From Deltaproteobacteria bacterium (GTDB taxonomy: Bacteria; Bdellovibrionota; FAC87; UBA2466): a DNA stretch of 64,000 nucleotides. Shown one piece after another: positions 47,367-57,305 of the stretch. The number at the start of each line of letters is the position of its first letter. Position 1 is the first letter of the stretch. The notes beneath the pieces were generated by a model that ran no database searches, was not told the origin of the DNA, and saw only the letters and a list, made by a program, of their open reading frames with translations. The position numbers and the translations under genes are program-made. The DNA lies in the NCBI GenBank assembly GCA_900299195.1, contig OMIX01000081.1, positions 1,407 through 65,406 of the forward strand. The letters are read 5' to 3'.

Positions 47367-48716
47367 ATGAAAACTACATTCACTCAAAGCTCTATTTCTA
47401 CGATCACTCAGGAACTTCATTTAGCGAATCAACAGTTTCTTCACCAATACCCTGGGGGAACTCATGATCGCCAACCTGTTCATACCGTTTATGGAGGAGC
47501 TCAGATCTTTTCCAGCGATACGGCAAAAAAAATGAGTGGGGTAGCTTTGAAAAATTTGAAGGAGTATGCTCCAGATGCCAAAACGTTAATGCTAGCCTTG
47601 GGAGAAGAAAAAGCCGAACTCGAATTATGGTCTAAGATTTACTCCCGAATTGAAAAGAAATTAGTTGAAGAAGCAGTCGAAGATTTTCGAATCGATTACG
47701 AGGATGGTTACGGCACCCGGCCGGATGCTGAGGAAGATGGTCATGCTGAAACCGGAGCTTTAGAGGTCGCTAAAGGAATCGAACAAAATTCTTTGCCTCC
47801 TTTCTTGGGAATTCGGATTAAGCCTTTCTCAGAAGAGTGCCACAAACGCAGCATTCGCACCCTAGATATTTTTCTAACGACTTTACTCAATCGAACCGGA
47901 GGAAAATTACCCCCAAACTTCGTCGTCACTATTCCAAAAGTGACTCATCCTGAACAAATTTCTGCTTTGGTTGGTTTGCTTGAGATTTTAGAAAAGAATC
48001 ACCGGTTGTCGGTGGGGACCTTGAAGTTTGAATTCATGGTGGAGACCCCTCAGTCGATTTTGGGTTCACAGGGGAATTCTCCGCTACGAAGTTTTGTGGA
48101 GGCAGGAAAGGGTAGATGTGTGGGCGCCCACTTTGGAACGTACGACTACACTGCTGGTTGTGGAATCACAGCTCACTATCAAACCATGATTAACCCAGTT
48201 TGTGATTTTGCAAAACACGTGATGCAAGTTTCACTTATGGGATTACCGGTTCTTCTTTCTGATGGAGCTACTAATGTGATGCCTGTAGGTCCCCATCGAG
48301 TTATGGAGGGCAAGCCTTTGAGTGGGACTCAAATCCAGGAAAATAAAGCAGTGGTTCATCGAGCCTGGAAATTAAGTTACGATCACATTCGTCATTCCCT
48401 AGCGACGGGTTTCTATCAAGGGTGGGATCTTCATCCAGCCCAACTTCCCATTCGTTACGCTGCAACCTATGCCTTTTTCCTTGAAGCACTTCATTCAGCT
48501 TCCGATCGCCTTAAGGGATTTGTGGAAAAAGCTGCCAAAGCGACTTTGTTAGGGGATGTTTTTGATGATGCTGCTACTGGTCAAGGGCTGCTCAATTTCT
48601 TTTTAAGAGCTTTGAGCTGTGGGGCGATCACTCAAGATGAAGCATTAAAAACGGGTCTCACTATTGAAGAGATCCAAAGTCGATCCTTTATGAAGATATT
48701 AGAGCGCCGGCGGTAA
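47367..48716 (+). CDS. HpcH/CitE/malate-synthase-like TIM-barrel protein (function unknown, possibly glyoxylate-related)
   Basis: The ATG at 47367 lies after GAGGAAG, so the ORF-track TTG at 47334 is probably upstream of the true start. FEFMVETPQS and GAHFGTYDYTAGCG resemble the Mg-binding Glu/Asp blocks of the CitE/malyl-CoA lyase/malate synthase superfamily. It is the last gene of the uricolysis cluster. Confidence 0.4.
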   Translation: MKTTFTQSSISTITQELHLANQQFLHQYPGGTHDRQPVHTVYGGAQIFSSDTAKKMSGVALKNLKEYAPDAKTLMLALGEEKAELELWSKIYSRIEKKLVEEAVEDFRIDYEDGYGTRPDAEEDGHAETGALEVAKGIEQNSLPPFLGIRIKPFSEECHKRSIRTLDIFLTTLLNRTGGKLPPNFVVTIPKVTHPEQISALVGLLEILEKNHRLSVGTLKFEFMVETPQSILGSQGNSPLRSFVEAGKGRCVGAHFGTYDYTAGCGITAHYQTMINPVCDFAKHVMQVSLMGLPVLLSDGATNVMPVGPHRVMEGKPLSGTQIQENKAVVHRAWKLSYDHIRHSLATGFYQGWDLHPAQLPIRYAATYAFFLEALHSASDRLKGFVEKAAKATLLGDVFDDAATGQGLLNFFLRALSCGAITQDEALKTGLTIEEIQSRSFMKILERRR

Positions 48717-48719
48717 GAA

Positions 48720-49616
48720 ATGATTTGTCCTAATTGTCAGAGTTCTACGTTCACTAACGTAAAAATGGGCTTAATCAGTTGTGGGGGATGTCGTTTAATA
48801 CTTAATGGAGAATATACCCAACCAGAGTCGGTCAAAAATATTCATGAAGAATGGTTTAGCCCAAGTGGTAGCCAGGGAGTCGATTTTTGGCAAAGATCTT
48901 TCGACCAATTTAATCATAAGCGGACTTATGCACGAATTGTTAAACAGGGGTGTACCAAGGGTAAGCTGCTTGAAGTAGGAGTCGGCAACGGTTCCTTGTT
49001 GAAATTTATGAAAGATCAAGGCTTTGAGGTTGAAGGAGTTGACCTTTTAGAGTCTATTGCAGAAACAGTAAACAGGTTGCATCAAGTGAAAGTCTTCGGA
49101 GGTGGATTGGAGTCTATTCCAAAAGATCGGAAGTATGACCTGATTGTGGCTCATCATGTTCTCGAGCATACGTTAAACCCATTGGAATTTTTAACTTTTC
49201 TAAAGGGTTTACTAAAAGATACCGGGCTTCTGTTTCTGGCGGTTCCGAACATTGATTCTTGGGGAGCTTTTTTGCCGGGATGGGTGAGTTATCAACCCTA
49301 TCACCTTCTGTATTTCAACCGAGCTACTCTTGCACAGACCTTACAAAAATCTGGATTAAAAACCCGAGAGCTTTATTCCCATGAGTCATTTTCGGGTTGG
49401 TTAATTGCTTTGATTCAAACTCCCAAAAGGTTGTTTAGAAAATCGCTACTGGCCAAACCTTCCCCAAGTAAGGGGTTAATGAAACGTAACGTCATCGTAG
49501 TGAATCTCTATCGTTTAATCATGGTTGTCAGCGGAATGGTAACCTTTCCCTTACGGTGGGTTCAATCAAGATTAGGAAAAGGAGATGAACTGATTGCCGT
49601 CATTGAAAAGGCATGA
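48720..49616 (+). CDS. class I SAM-dependent methyltransferase with N-terminal zinc ribbon
   Basis: 298 aa with CPNC...CGGC, then SAM motif I (LLEVGVGNGSL) and the acidic motif II residue in VEGVDL. Confidence 0.65.
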   Translation: MICPNCQSSTFTNVKMGLISCGGCRLILNGEYTQPESVKNIHEEWFSPSGSQGVDFWQRSFDQFNHKRTYARIVKQGCTKGKLLEVGVGNGSLLKFMKDQGFEVEGVDLLESIAETVNRLHQVKVFGGGLESIPKDRKYDLIVAHHVLEHTLNPLEFLTFLKGLLKDTGLLFLAVPNIDSWGAFLPGWVSYQPYHLLYFNRATLAQTLQKSGLKTRELYSHESFSGWLIALIQTPKRLFRKSLLAKPSPSKGLMKRNVIVVNLYRLIMVVSGMVTFPLRWVQSRLGKGDELIAVIEKA

Positions 49617-49644
49617 TGACTCAACTTTTCAGCCACTTACTTTC

Positions 49645-49673
49645 TTGACAATTAACTTGTTCACCAATAGTTT
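49645..49673 (+). promoter_or_regulatory. candidate sigma70-type promoter for the nuo gene array
   Basis: TTGACA (49645-49650), a 17-nt spacer, then TAGTTT (49668-49673). A perfect TATAAT also occurs at 49688-49693 without a good -35. These are by-eye matches only. Confidence 0.3.
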
Positions 49674-49794
49674 TTGCGTCGACAATTTATAATTTCAACT
49701 ACTTATGTGACTTTTTCGTTGGTCAAACCGATGAAAAACAGCAATGAGAAACTCGCAGAATTAACTGTCACAGCAAATAAAGGGTATTACCGCC

Positions 49795-50199
49795 GTGGAG
49801 ACAGGATACATCACAGCTTTTTGGTTCATCATCATATCCGCAATGACTGTGCCTTTAATGCTCGGCGTTGGATATCTTCTTAGACCCAAGGGTAAAGATA
49901 CCCGCAGAAAAATGACCTCTTATGAATGTGGTGAAGAACCCGTAGGGTCTGCATGGATTAAATTCAATATCAGGTTTTATATTGTCGCTATCGTTTTCAT
50001 TATTTTTGACGTGGAGATGGCGGCCATTTTTCCGGCAGCTACCGTGTTTAAAGAGTCCATTACTAATGGTTCTGTGGCTTTAGTTTTCAGTGAAATTTTT
50101 CTTTTCGTGGCCCTACTGTTGATTGGTCTTATTTACTGTTGGGTTCGCGGAGACTTGGAGTGGGTAAAAGGCGTAACTAAGTTCGCCCCCAATAAATAA
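49795..50199 (+). CDS. nuoA: NADH-quinone oxidoreductase subunit A (set 1)
   Basis: 134 aa with 3 TM helices, SYECGEEP and FIIFDVEMAAIFP motifs. GTG start. Confidence 0.85.
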   Translation: METGYITAFWFIIISAMTVPLMLGVGYLLRPKGKDTRRKMTSYECGEEPVGSAWIKFNIRFYIVAIVFIIFDVEMAAIFPAATVFKESITNGSVALVFSEIFLFVALLLIGLIYCWVRGDLEWVKGVTKFAPNK

Positions 50200-51332
50200 T
50201 GGTTCAATCAGCTCAATTTGCACATTCTTTAGAAGGTTGGTTTGGATTTCTTCCTCTTTGGGGTTGGGCGGCCATCTCAGCTTTCATAGTAATCTACTTT
50301 TTAGCCCTCCCTTTCGGTGGGTTAGCTACTTACATTGAAAGAAAAATTGCGGCCGACATGCAAGATAGAATTGGTCCTAACCGGGTAGGTCCTATTGGGT
50401 TATTTCAGTTCGCTGCCGATGCCATCAAGATGTTGTCTAAAGAGGATTTCATTCCCAAAGGTGGAGACCGATTCCTTTTTAACCTAGCTCCTTTGTTTGT
50501 GGTGGTGGGGTCATGTACGGCTTTTGCTGTTCTTCCTTTAAGCAAATATTTGATCGGTGCCGATGTAAATATCGGTGTGATCTTTATTTTAGCTGTAACT
50601 ACTTTAATTGCTCCTGGCCTTTTGTTGGGGTCCTGGGCCTCTGAAAACAAGTGGTCGCTTTTAGGGGGATTGAGAGCTGCTTCTCAGATTGTCAGCTATG
50701 AAATTCCTGTAGCCCTTTCTATTCTTCCCGTGGTCCTTATTTCAGGAAGTTTACAAATCGGGACTATCGTTGAACAACAAGGCTGGACAGTTTTTGGTGA
50801 AAATCCTGCGACCTACCACTTTTGGAATGCCTTTCATAATCCGTTTACTTTTTTCTCGATGTTTTTACTCTTCGTAGGCGGGCTAGCCGAAACTAATCGT
50901 ATTCCCTTCGACTTACCAGAAGCGGAATCCGAACTGGTCTCTGGGTTTAACACAGAGTTTTCAGGAATGCGTTTTGGTTTGTATGCATTGGGAGAATTCT
51001 GCGATGTTTTTGTCATGTCCGCGATGGTGACAGCCTTGTTCCTGGGTGGATGGCACATTCCCTTTTTAGATATTGAGAAATTAGGTTTTGCTTTACCTAC
51101 GGGTTTGGTCGCTTTCATTCAATTCCACGTCTTTATGATTAAGACACTTTTGGTGGTTTTTGTGGTGATGTGGTTGAGATGGACGCTTCCTCGGTTGCGA
51201 GTCGATCAATTGATGGGAATGTGTTGGAAAGGGCTCTTGCCGCTTGCATTCTTTAATGTGTTGGGAACTGCGCTTTGGATGTGGGCATTTAAAGGTCAGT
51301 CCCTCATGCAGCTATTGATGGGGCATGGGTGA
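50199..51332 (+). CDS. nuoH: NADH-quinone oxidoreductase subunit H (set 1)
   Basis: 377 aa with ERKIAADMQDRIGPNRVGP, SNNKW-like ENKWSLLGGLRAASQ and PFDLPEAESELVSGFNTEFSG. The ATG overlaps the nuoA stop by 1 nt. Confidence 0.95.
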   Translation: MVQSAQFAHSLEGWFGFLPLWGWAAISAFIVIYFLALPFGGLATYIERKIAADMQDRIGPNRVGPIGLFQFAADAIKMLSKEDFIPKGGDRFLFNLAPLFVVVGSCTAFAVLPLSKYLIGADVNIGVIFILAVTTLIAPGLLLGSWASENKWSLLGGLRAASQIVSYEIPVALSILPVVLISGSLQIGTIVEQQGWTVFGENPATYHFWNAFHNPFTFFSMFLLFVGGLAETNRIPFDLPEAESELVSGFNTEFSGMRFGLYALGEFCDVFVMSAMVTALFLGGWHIPFLDIEKLGFALPTGLVAFIQFHVFMIKTLLVVFVVMWLRWTLPRLRVDQLMGMCWKGLLPLAFFNVLGTALWMWAFKGQSLMQLLMGHG

Positions 51333-51335
51333 TTT

Positions 51336-51839
51336 ATGAATAAGGTTTTACTTCTGGCTCAAATACTAACTGTTGCTTCGGCGATCGTCGTTGGGTTTCA
51401 TCCCAACATCCTTTATGCCTCGGTCTTTTTGCTCTTCACTTTCTGTGGGGTGGCAGTCATGTTTTTATACGCTGGGGCCGATTTCCTGGCGGGTGCCCAA
51501 GTTATTATTTATGTGGGTGGCGTTACCATTCTGATTCTGTTCGCTATCATGTTAACTCAGTGGCTTTATAAAATTAAGTTGGCTGACATTCGTAACAAAA
51601 TGGTATTGCCAGGTGTTTTGGCGACTATCATTGGGGCTTTCTTGTACCGAGCGCTTCATCAGATGGTACTTTCTCTTCCTCCTCAGACTCCAGAAGCATT
51701 AGAAAAATTTTCGACAACTCCTAAAACAGCTTTAATTGGACAAGCTCTTTTAGGCAGTTATTTACTTCCTTTTGAGGCTATTACCATTCTCCTGTTAGGA
51801 GCTATGGTGGGAGCTGTTTGGTTAGCGAGGCCCGAATGA
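51336..51839 (+). CDS. nuoJ: NADH-quinone oxidoreductase subunit J (set 1)
   Basis: 167 aa with AGADFLAGAQVIIYVGGVTILILFAIML typical of NuoJ. It starts 3 nt after the nuoH stop, so there is no nuoI between them. Confidence 0.9.
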   Translation: MNKVLLLAQILTVASAIVVGFHPNILYASVFLLFTFCGVAVMFLYAGADFLAGAQVIIYVGGVTILILFAIMLTQWLYKIKLADIRNKMVLPGVLATIIGAFLYRALHQMVLSLPPQTPEALEKFSTTPKTALIGQALLGSYLLPFEAITILLLGAMVGAVWLARPE

Positions 51840-52162
51840 ACCAGCTCATTCAATTTAGTTCGAGTTTACAAGGTTACTTAGCAGTAGGGGCTATCCTTTT
51901 TGCTCTGGGAATCTTTTGTGTGATGACCCGTAAAAATGCCATTGGGATTTTGTTGGGAATTGAACTGATTTTAAATGCAGCGGGGATTAACTTTGTTGCA
52001 TTCAGTAAATTTAGAACTGGCTTGATCGACGGACAGATCGTCGCCCTTTTCATTATGCTGATTGCAGCAGCTGAAGCGGCGGTGGCTCTTGCCGTTATTT
52101 TACGTTTTTATCGGCTCAAGCAAACAATCGATGCCGATGAAGCAAGCATCATGAGGAACTAA
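51836..52162 (+). CDS. nuoK: NADH-quinone oxidoreductase subunit K (set 1)
   Basis: The start is set at the ATG at 51836 (ATGA overlap with the nuoJ stop). It has 3 TM helices and conserved membrane Glu residues in GIELILNA and AAAEAAVALA. Confidence 0.9.
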   Translation: MNQLIQFSSSLQGYLAVGAILFALGIFCVMTRKNAIGILLGIELILNAAGINFVAFSKFRTGLIDGQIVALFIMLIAAAEAAVALAVILRFYRLKQTIDADEASIMRN

Positions 52163-52163
52163 G

Positions 52164-54238
52164 ATGGCACAACAAGCTTTACTTATCGCCCTGTTTCCCT
52201 TGGTAGCGTTTGTCATCCAAGCGCTTTTTGGAAAGAAACTTCCACGCCACGGAGATTTTGTTTCTGTACTTGCTATTTTCGGTTCTTTTGCAGTCGCTAC
52301 GCCCATTTTTTTGAAGTTGGTAACTGAGGGGCATGTTTTTGATACGTTTCAAGTTTCCTGGATGGCTCTTCCCGGAGTTGAAGGGGCGGGGAAACTTAAT
52401 AGTGCAGTGAATTTGGTGGTAGGGGTTCTTATTAACAATCTGACCGCTATCATGTTGTTCATGGTGACTCTTTGTGCTTCCTTGATTCACCTTTTTTCTA
52501 CGGGATACATGCATGGCGAAGAAAGATATCATCTCTTTTTTGCATACATCTCGTTGTTCTCAGCGGGAATGTTAGGATTAGTGCTCTCTGATAATCTTCT
52601 AACCTTCTTTATGTGTTGGGAGTTGATGGGGCTGTGTTCTTATTTGCTCATCGGTTTTTATTACAAGAAGCCTTCCGCTATTAACGCCAGTATTAAAGCT
52701 TTCATGACCACTAGGGTAGGCGACACTATGTTCTTCCTAGGAATCGCAGGTCTCTACTACATTTTTGGAACGAGTAACTTCATGGCGATCTACAAAGCCA
52801 TTGAAACCGGAGTTGCGCACGATCTTACGATTGCGGGTTTTCCGGCTCTAGCCTTTATCGGATTTATGGTGATGATGGGAACCGTAGGGAAGTCAGCTCA
52901 ATTCCCTCTTCATGTGTGGTTGCCGGATGCTATGGAAGGTCCCACTCCTGTATCAGCCCTTATCCATGCTGCGACCATGGTGGCTGCCGGGGTATTTCTT
53001 TTAATTCGAATGTTCCCTTTGTTGGAAGCTTCTCATGTGGTGTTACCTGTGGTGGCCTATGTCGGGGCGATTACGGCGTTCCTTGCTGCTTGTATAGCGA
53101 TTGTTCAAGTGGACATTAAAAAGGTTTTGGCCTACTCCACCATCAGTCAGTTGGGCTACATGGTGATGGGAGTGGGTGTTGGCGCTTTTGCACCAGGCTT
53201 TATGCATTTGGTGACTCACGCTTGCTTCAAAGCTTGTCTGTTTTTGTGCTCGGGTTCGGTGATTCACTCAGTCCATACTCAGGACATGAGAGAGATGGGC
53301 GGATTGAAATCTAAAATGCCTATCACTTTGCCACGATGTTTATTGCAACCTTGGCGATTAGTGGGGTTCCAGGATTTTCTGGCTTTGTCAGTAAGGATCG
53401 AATTTTGGGTGGTGCTTTAGCCTATAGTATGGAACATCATGGGCACTATCTCATTCCTCTGCTTGGATTTGCGACAGCAGGCATTACTGCTTTTTACATG
53501 TTTCGCATGATCTACATGACTTTCTTTGGTCATGCTCGCGACGAACACAAACACCATCATGCTCATGAACAGCCTTTGACCATGACCCTTCCGCTGATGA
53601 TATTGGCAGGTTTGTCCTTTGCCATTGTTTTTGCAGGACCTACTGGAATTGAATCGATCGATCATGTCATGCCAGTGAAATGGTTCGATCACGCTTTGGA
53701 AGGTGCTCAAAAAGAAATGGGAATCGCCGAACACTTATCGCCCGAAGCGGAAGCTATTCATCATCATGCTCATGGGTTAGCTCTGATGATTTCTTTAGCA
53801 GTGGCCGGATTGGGGATTTTCATTTCATCGATCACTTATCTAAAGCATTTGATTAAAGCCGATGCGATCAAAAAATGGGTGGGTCCGGTTTATACTCTTT
53901 TGTGGAATAAGTACTACTTTGATGAGTTGTATCTTGGAATTCTCATTCAAAAGGGTCTACTCAACTTTAATCGTATGCTGGCTACTTTCGATGACAAATT
54001 TGTCGATAGAGTTTTGGTGGACGGATGGCGAGACGCCACTATGGTAGTTAAGAGTTTCGTTGGAAAGTTTGATGATATCGTTGTTGACCGAATCATGGTG
54101 GATGGAACTGCTGATGTGACTGCAGGCGGGGGTTGGATCGTTCGTCAGTTTCAGACCGGAAAAGTTCAGCAGTATTTAGTTTTGACTGTGATGTTTATTA
54201 TTGTGGCTTTGTTTTATGCAAATTTGGGCTTGAAGTAG
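52164..54238 (+). pseudogene. nuoL: NADH-quinone oxidoreductase subunit L (set 1), interrupted by a 1-nt frameshift near 53327-53330
   Basis: Two ORFs (52164-53420 and 53336-54238) together form a full NuoL. Frame 0 reads ...GGLKSKMPIT and the -1 frame continues FATMFIATLAISGVPGFSGFVSKD, colinear with intact NuoL set 2 ([34 protein letters not shown]). A TTT where TTTT is expected restores the frame. This may be a sequencing error rather than true decay. Confidence 0.8.
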
Positions 54239-54265
54239 AGTCCAAGGTTTTTTGAAAGGGAGAGT

Positions 54266-55780
54266 ATGTTTCCGATTCTATCCGTAATGACCTATATCCC
54301 CTTGTTGGGCATGGTAGCTGTGTTGGCTACACCTCGTAATAATCCAAATCTGGTGAGATGGATTTCAGTGGTGGCCACAGCCATTCCTCTTGCCTTGGGT
54401 GTTTACCTTTATATGCATTTCGACAGATCGACGGCGAGCATGCAGTTCGTTGAGCAGTTTGATTGGATCAAGCCGTTCAACATTCAATATTTTATGGGAA
54501 TCGATGGATTGAGTGTTCCCATGGTACTTTTGACGGTTCTTTTATCCTTCCTGTGCGTGATTGCCTCTTGGGGAATTGAAGATGGGGTTAAAGGGTACTA
54601 TGCGATGTTTTTGTTCCTAGAAACGGGAATGATGGGGGTTTTCTGTGCTTTGGATTTCTTCCTTTTCTTCCTTTTTTGGGAAATCATGCTACTTCCGATG
54701 TACTTCCTCATTGGAATTTGGGGAGGTAAAGAGAAGGTTTACGCCGCAATTAAATTCTTCCTTTATACGCTGTTTGGTTCCGTTCTCATGTTGTTGGTGA
54801 TGGTGGGAATGTATTATTACTCCGAACCTCACACTTTCAATCTATTACAGTTAGCTCAAAGCCATCAATTTGTAGGAAAGACCATTGCGCTTTTCGGCCA
54901 TCAGTTGCCGCTAGATAAACTTTTCTGGATTGGCCTTTTCATCGGATTTGCTATCAAAGTTCCAGTTTGGCCTTTTCATACTTGGTTGCCTTGGGCGCAC
55001 GTGGAAGCTCCCACTGCGGTATCCGTCATTCTGGCGGGTGTCCTTTTGAAAATGGGAACTTATGGAATCTTAAGAATGAACTATCCTATCCTTCCCGAAG
55101 CTACGATGTGGGCTTCAAACTTCATGATGGATCTTGGAGTCATTAACATTCTTTATGGAGCTTTCTGTGCGATGGCTCAAAAGGATCTTAAGAAGTTGGT
55201 GGCTTATTCTTCCGTCTCTCACATGGGATATGTGATTGTAGGAATGGCAAGCTTCACGACTGCCGGGGTTAATGGTGCTGTTCTTCAGATGTTCAATCAC
55301 GGAACTTCCACTGCGATGTTGTTTTTGCTAGTAGGCGTTGTTTATGATCGAGTTCACCACCGTTGGATAGTGAAACCAGATGGATCTAAAGGGTTTGGTG
55401 GAATTGCGTCAGTAGTTCCTGTCTATACCGGCATTATGGCCATTGGTCTTTTTGCCTCTTTGGGTTTGCCGGGATTAAGCGGTTTTATCAGTGAAGCCTT
55501 AGTGTTCTTAGGCGCTTTTTCTAATCCCAAATTCCAAACTTATGTTGTGATTGGATCACTGGGTATTCTCTTAGGAGCTGCTTATTTGTTGTGGATGTTC
55601 ATGAGAGTTTTTCTCGGACCTCTCAATGAAGAACACAAAGAACTTGAAGATATCAATGGAAGAGAGATTTTCACTTTGGCTCCATTGTGTGTTCTGGTGA
55701 TCGTTTTAGGAGTTTATCCCATGCCGGTTTTAAATCTCATGGGTTCTACTATTGCAAAGCTATTAACGTTATTCTCTTAA
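54266..55780 (+). CDS. nuoM: NADH-quinone oxidoreductase subunit M (set 1)
   Basis: 504 aa with FFLFWEIMLLPMYFLIGIWGG, FHTWLPWAHVEAPTAVSVILAGVLLKMGTYG and LVAYSSVSHMG motifs. Confidence 0.95.
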   Translation: MFPILSVMTYIPLLGMVAVLATPRNNPNLVRWISVVATAIPLALGVYLYMHFDRSTASMQFVEQFDWIKPFNIQYFMGIDGLSVPMVLLTVLLSFLCVIASWGIEDGVKGYYAMFLFLETGMMGVFCALDFFLFFLFWEIMLLPMYFLIGIWGGKEKVYAAIKFFLYTLFGSVLMLLVMVGMYYYSEPHTFNLLQLAQSHQFVGKTIALFGHQLPLDKLFWIGLFIGFAIKVPVWPFHTWLPWAHVEAPTAVSVILAGVLLKMGTYGILRMNYPILPEATMWASNFMMDLGVINILYGAFCAMAQKDLKKLVAYSSVSHMGYVIVGMASFTTAGVNGAVLQMFNHGTSTAMLFLLVGVVYDRVHHRWIVKPDGSKGFGGIASVVPVYTGIMAIGLFASLGLPGLSGFISEALVFLGAFSNPKFQTYVVIGSLGILLGAAYLLWMFMRVFLGPLNEEHKELEDINGREIFTLAPLCVLVIVLGVYPMPVLNLMGSTIAKLLTLFS

Positions 55781-55794
55781 TTTAAGAGGTGTTT

Positions 55795-57276
55795 GTGTCG
55801 GCTGAAACGTTACATAATATTAAGTTGTTTGCGCCTGAAGTCTGCCTGACTTTATTTTTGTGCTTACTTTTTATCGTGGATGGTTTGATACCTAAATCAA
55901 GAACAAATAAAGTCCCAATGATGGTGACGATAATAGCCTGTATTGCAGCGGTTCTTTTGACTTGCAAAGTGGGAACAACTTCAGAGGCTTATTTTGGCGG
56001 CATGCTAGTGAATGATGGCCTGACCAAGTTCTTTCGATACTTCTTCTTTTTCACCGCTGCGGTTAGTAGCTATGTGGCCTTCGGTTCTTCGGAAATCGAA
56101 AATCGAAGTCGCATGGAATTTTCTTTGCTGTTGATTTGCACGACCATTGGTATGGGAATTATGGCAGGAGCTACCCATCTTTTGGTTCTCTATATGGGAA
56201 TTGAGATGGTGAGTATCATCTCTTTCGTGATGGCCGGATTTAAGAGGGATAATTTGAGGTCGAATGAAGCCTCTTTTAAATATTTGGTCTTTGGGGGTGT
56301 GGCCTCTGGACTGATGATTTACGGTTTTAGCCTGTTATACGGATTGACGGGTTCGTTAAATTATCCACAAATCACAGCTTATCTCAGTTCAACTCAGGGA
56401 AACTTGGGATTGGTTTTTTGGTTGTCCTTGGTCCTCATTTATGGGGGACTAGCCTATAAGATCTCTGCGTTTCCAATGCATTTTTGGGCTCCGGATGTTT
56501 ACGAAGGAGCGCCCACTCCAGTAGCAACGTTTTTTAGTGTGGGGCCTAAGGCTGCCGGTTTTGCGGCCTTTTTGAGAATGGTATTGACCGTATTTGCTGC
56601 CAAAACTGCAGAGGGAAACTGGCAAATGCTTCCCGGAATTTCTTTAACTTCAGCCATTGCCGTGATTTCAGCTTTAACAATGGTTGTGGGTAATTTGTCC
56701 GCGATTGGTCAAACCAATGTGAAACGAATTTTAGCGTATTCGAGCATCGCTCATGTGGGATACATGCTGATGGGATTGGTGACGCTGGATCGTTCCGGCC
56801 TGACTGCCATCATCTTTTATTTGATTGCCTATTGTGCCATGAACATCGGAGCCTTTTGGGTAGTTGGAGTTGTTTCAAATTTACGGGGCAGAGAAGATTT
56901 GGACGCTTTTAGAGGGATGGGATGGTCGATGCCCGTTTTAGGAACCTGCATGGGAGTCTTTATTTTTTCTCTCACCGGAATCCCCATGTTTTCCGGATTC
57001 ATTGGAAAGTTTTTGATTTTTGGTTCGGTGATTAAATCGGGCGGCTTTTTGTGGTTGGCGCTGCTGGGGGTTCTCAATAGCGTAGTTTCCTTGTACTACT
57101 ACATTAAAATCTTGAAATCGATGTGGTTAGACAAACCGGAAATTGCTGAATCTTTGACGTTGTCACCCTATCATGCTTTCGGACTTGTAGGGCTTGCAAT
57201 TCCTACAGTGGTTTTGGGTTTGTATTTTACCCCTATTCTCGAATTTGCAGAAAGAACACTTTCAAACATCCTATAA
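55795..57276 (+). CDS. nuoN: NADH-quinone oxidoreductase subunit N (set 1)
   Basis: The GTG at 55795 lies 5 nt after AAGAGG; the ORF-track start at 55789 overlaps the RBS. Motifs are YMGIEMVSI, KYLVFGG, MHFWAPDVYEGAPTPV and ILAYSSIAHVGY. Confidence 0.9.
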   Translation: MSAETLHNIKLFAPEVCLTLFLCLLFIVDGLIPKSRTNKVPMMVTIIACIAAVLLTCKVGTTSEAYFGGMLVNDGLTKFFRYFFFFTAAVSSYVAFGSSEIENRSRMEFSLLLICTTIGMGIMAGATHLLVLYMGIEMVSIISFVMAGFKRDNLRSNEASFKYLVFGGVASGLMIYGFSLLYGLTGSLNYPQITAYLSSTQGNLGLVFWLSLVLIYGGLAYKISAFPMHFWAPDVYEGAPTPVATFFSVGPKAAGFAAFLRMVLTVFAAKTAEGNWQMLPGISLTSAIAVISALTMVVGNLSAIGQTNVKRILAYSSIAHVGYMLMGLVTLDRSGLTAIIFYLIAYCAMNIGAFWVVGVVSNLRGREDLDAFRGMGWSMPVLGTCMGVFIFSLTGIPMFSGFIGKFLIFGSVIKSGGFLWLALLGVLNSVVSLYYYIKILKSMWLDKPEIAESLTLSPYHAFGLVGLAIPTVVLGLYFTPILEFAERTLSNIL

Positions 57277-57305
57277 GTTGAATTGACTAAGAAAGGAGGA
57301 AACGC

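Noticed and set aside
49674-49883. A 69-aa ORF upstream of and overlapping nuoA set 1.
   Set aside because: It overlaps the nuoA start in another frame, has no RBS and no motif. The region is better explained as the nuo promoter and leader.
53313-53340. Programmed ribosomal frameshift in nuoL set 1.
   Set aside because: There is no X XXY YYZ slippery heptamer or obvious downstream stimulatory structure. A 1-nt indel in a short T run (a real mutation or a sequencing error) is the simpler explanation.
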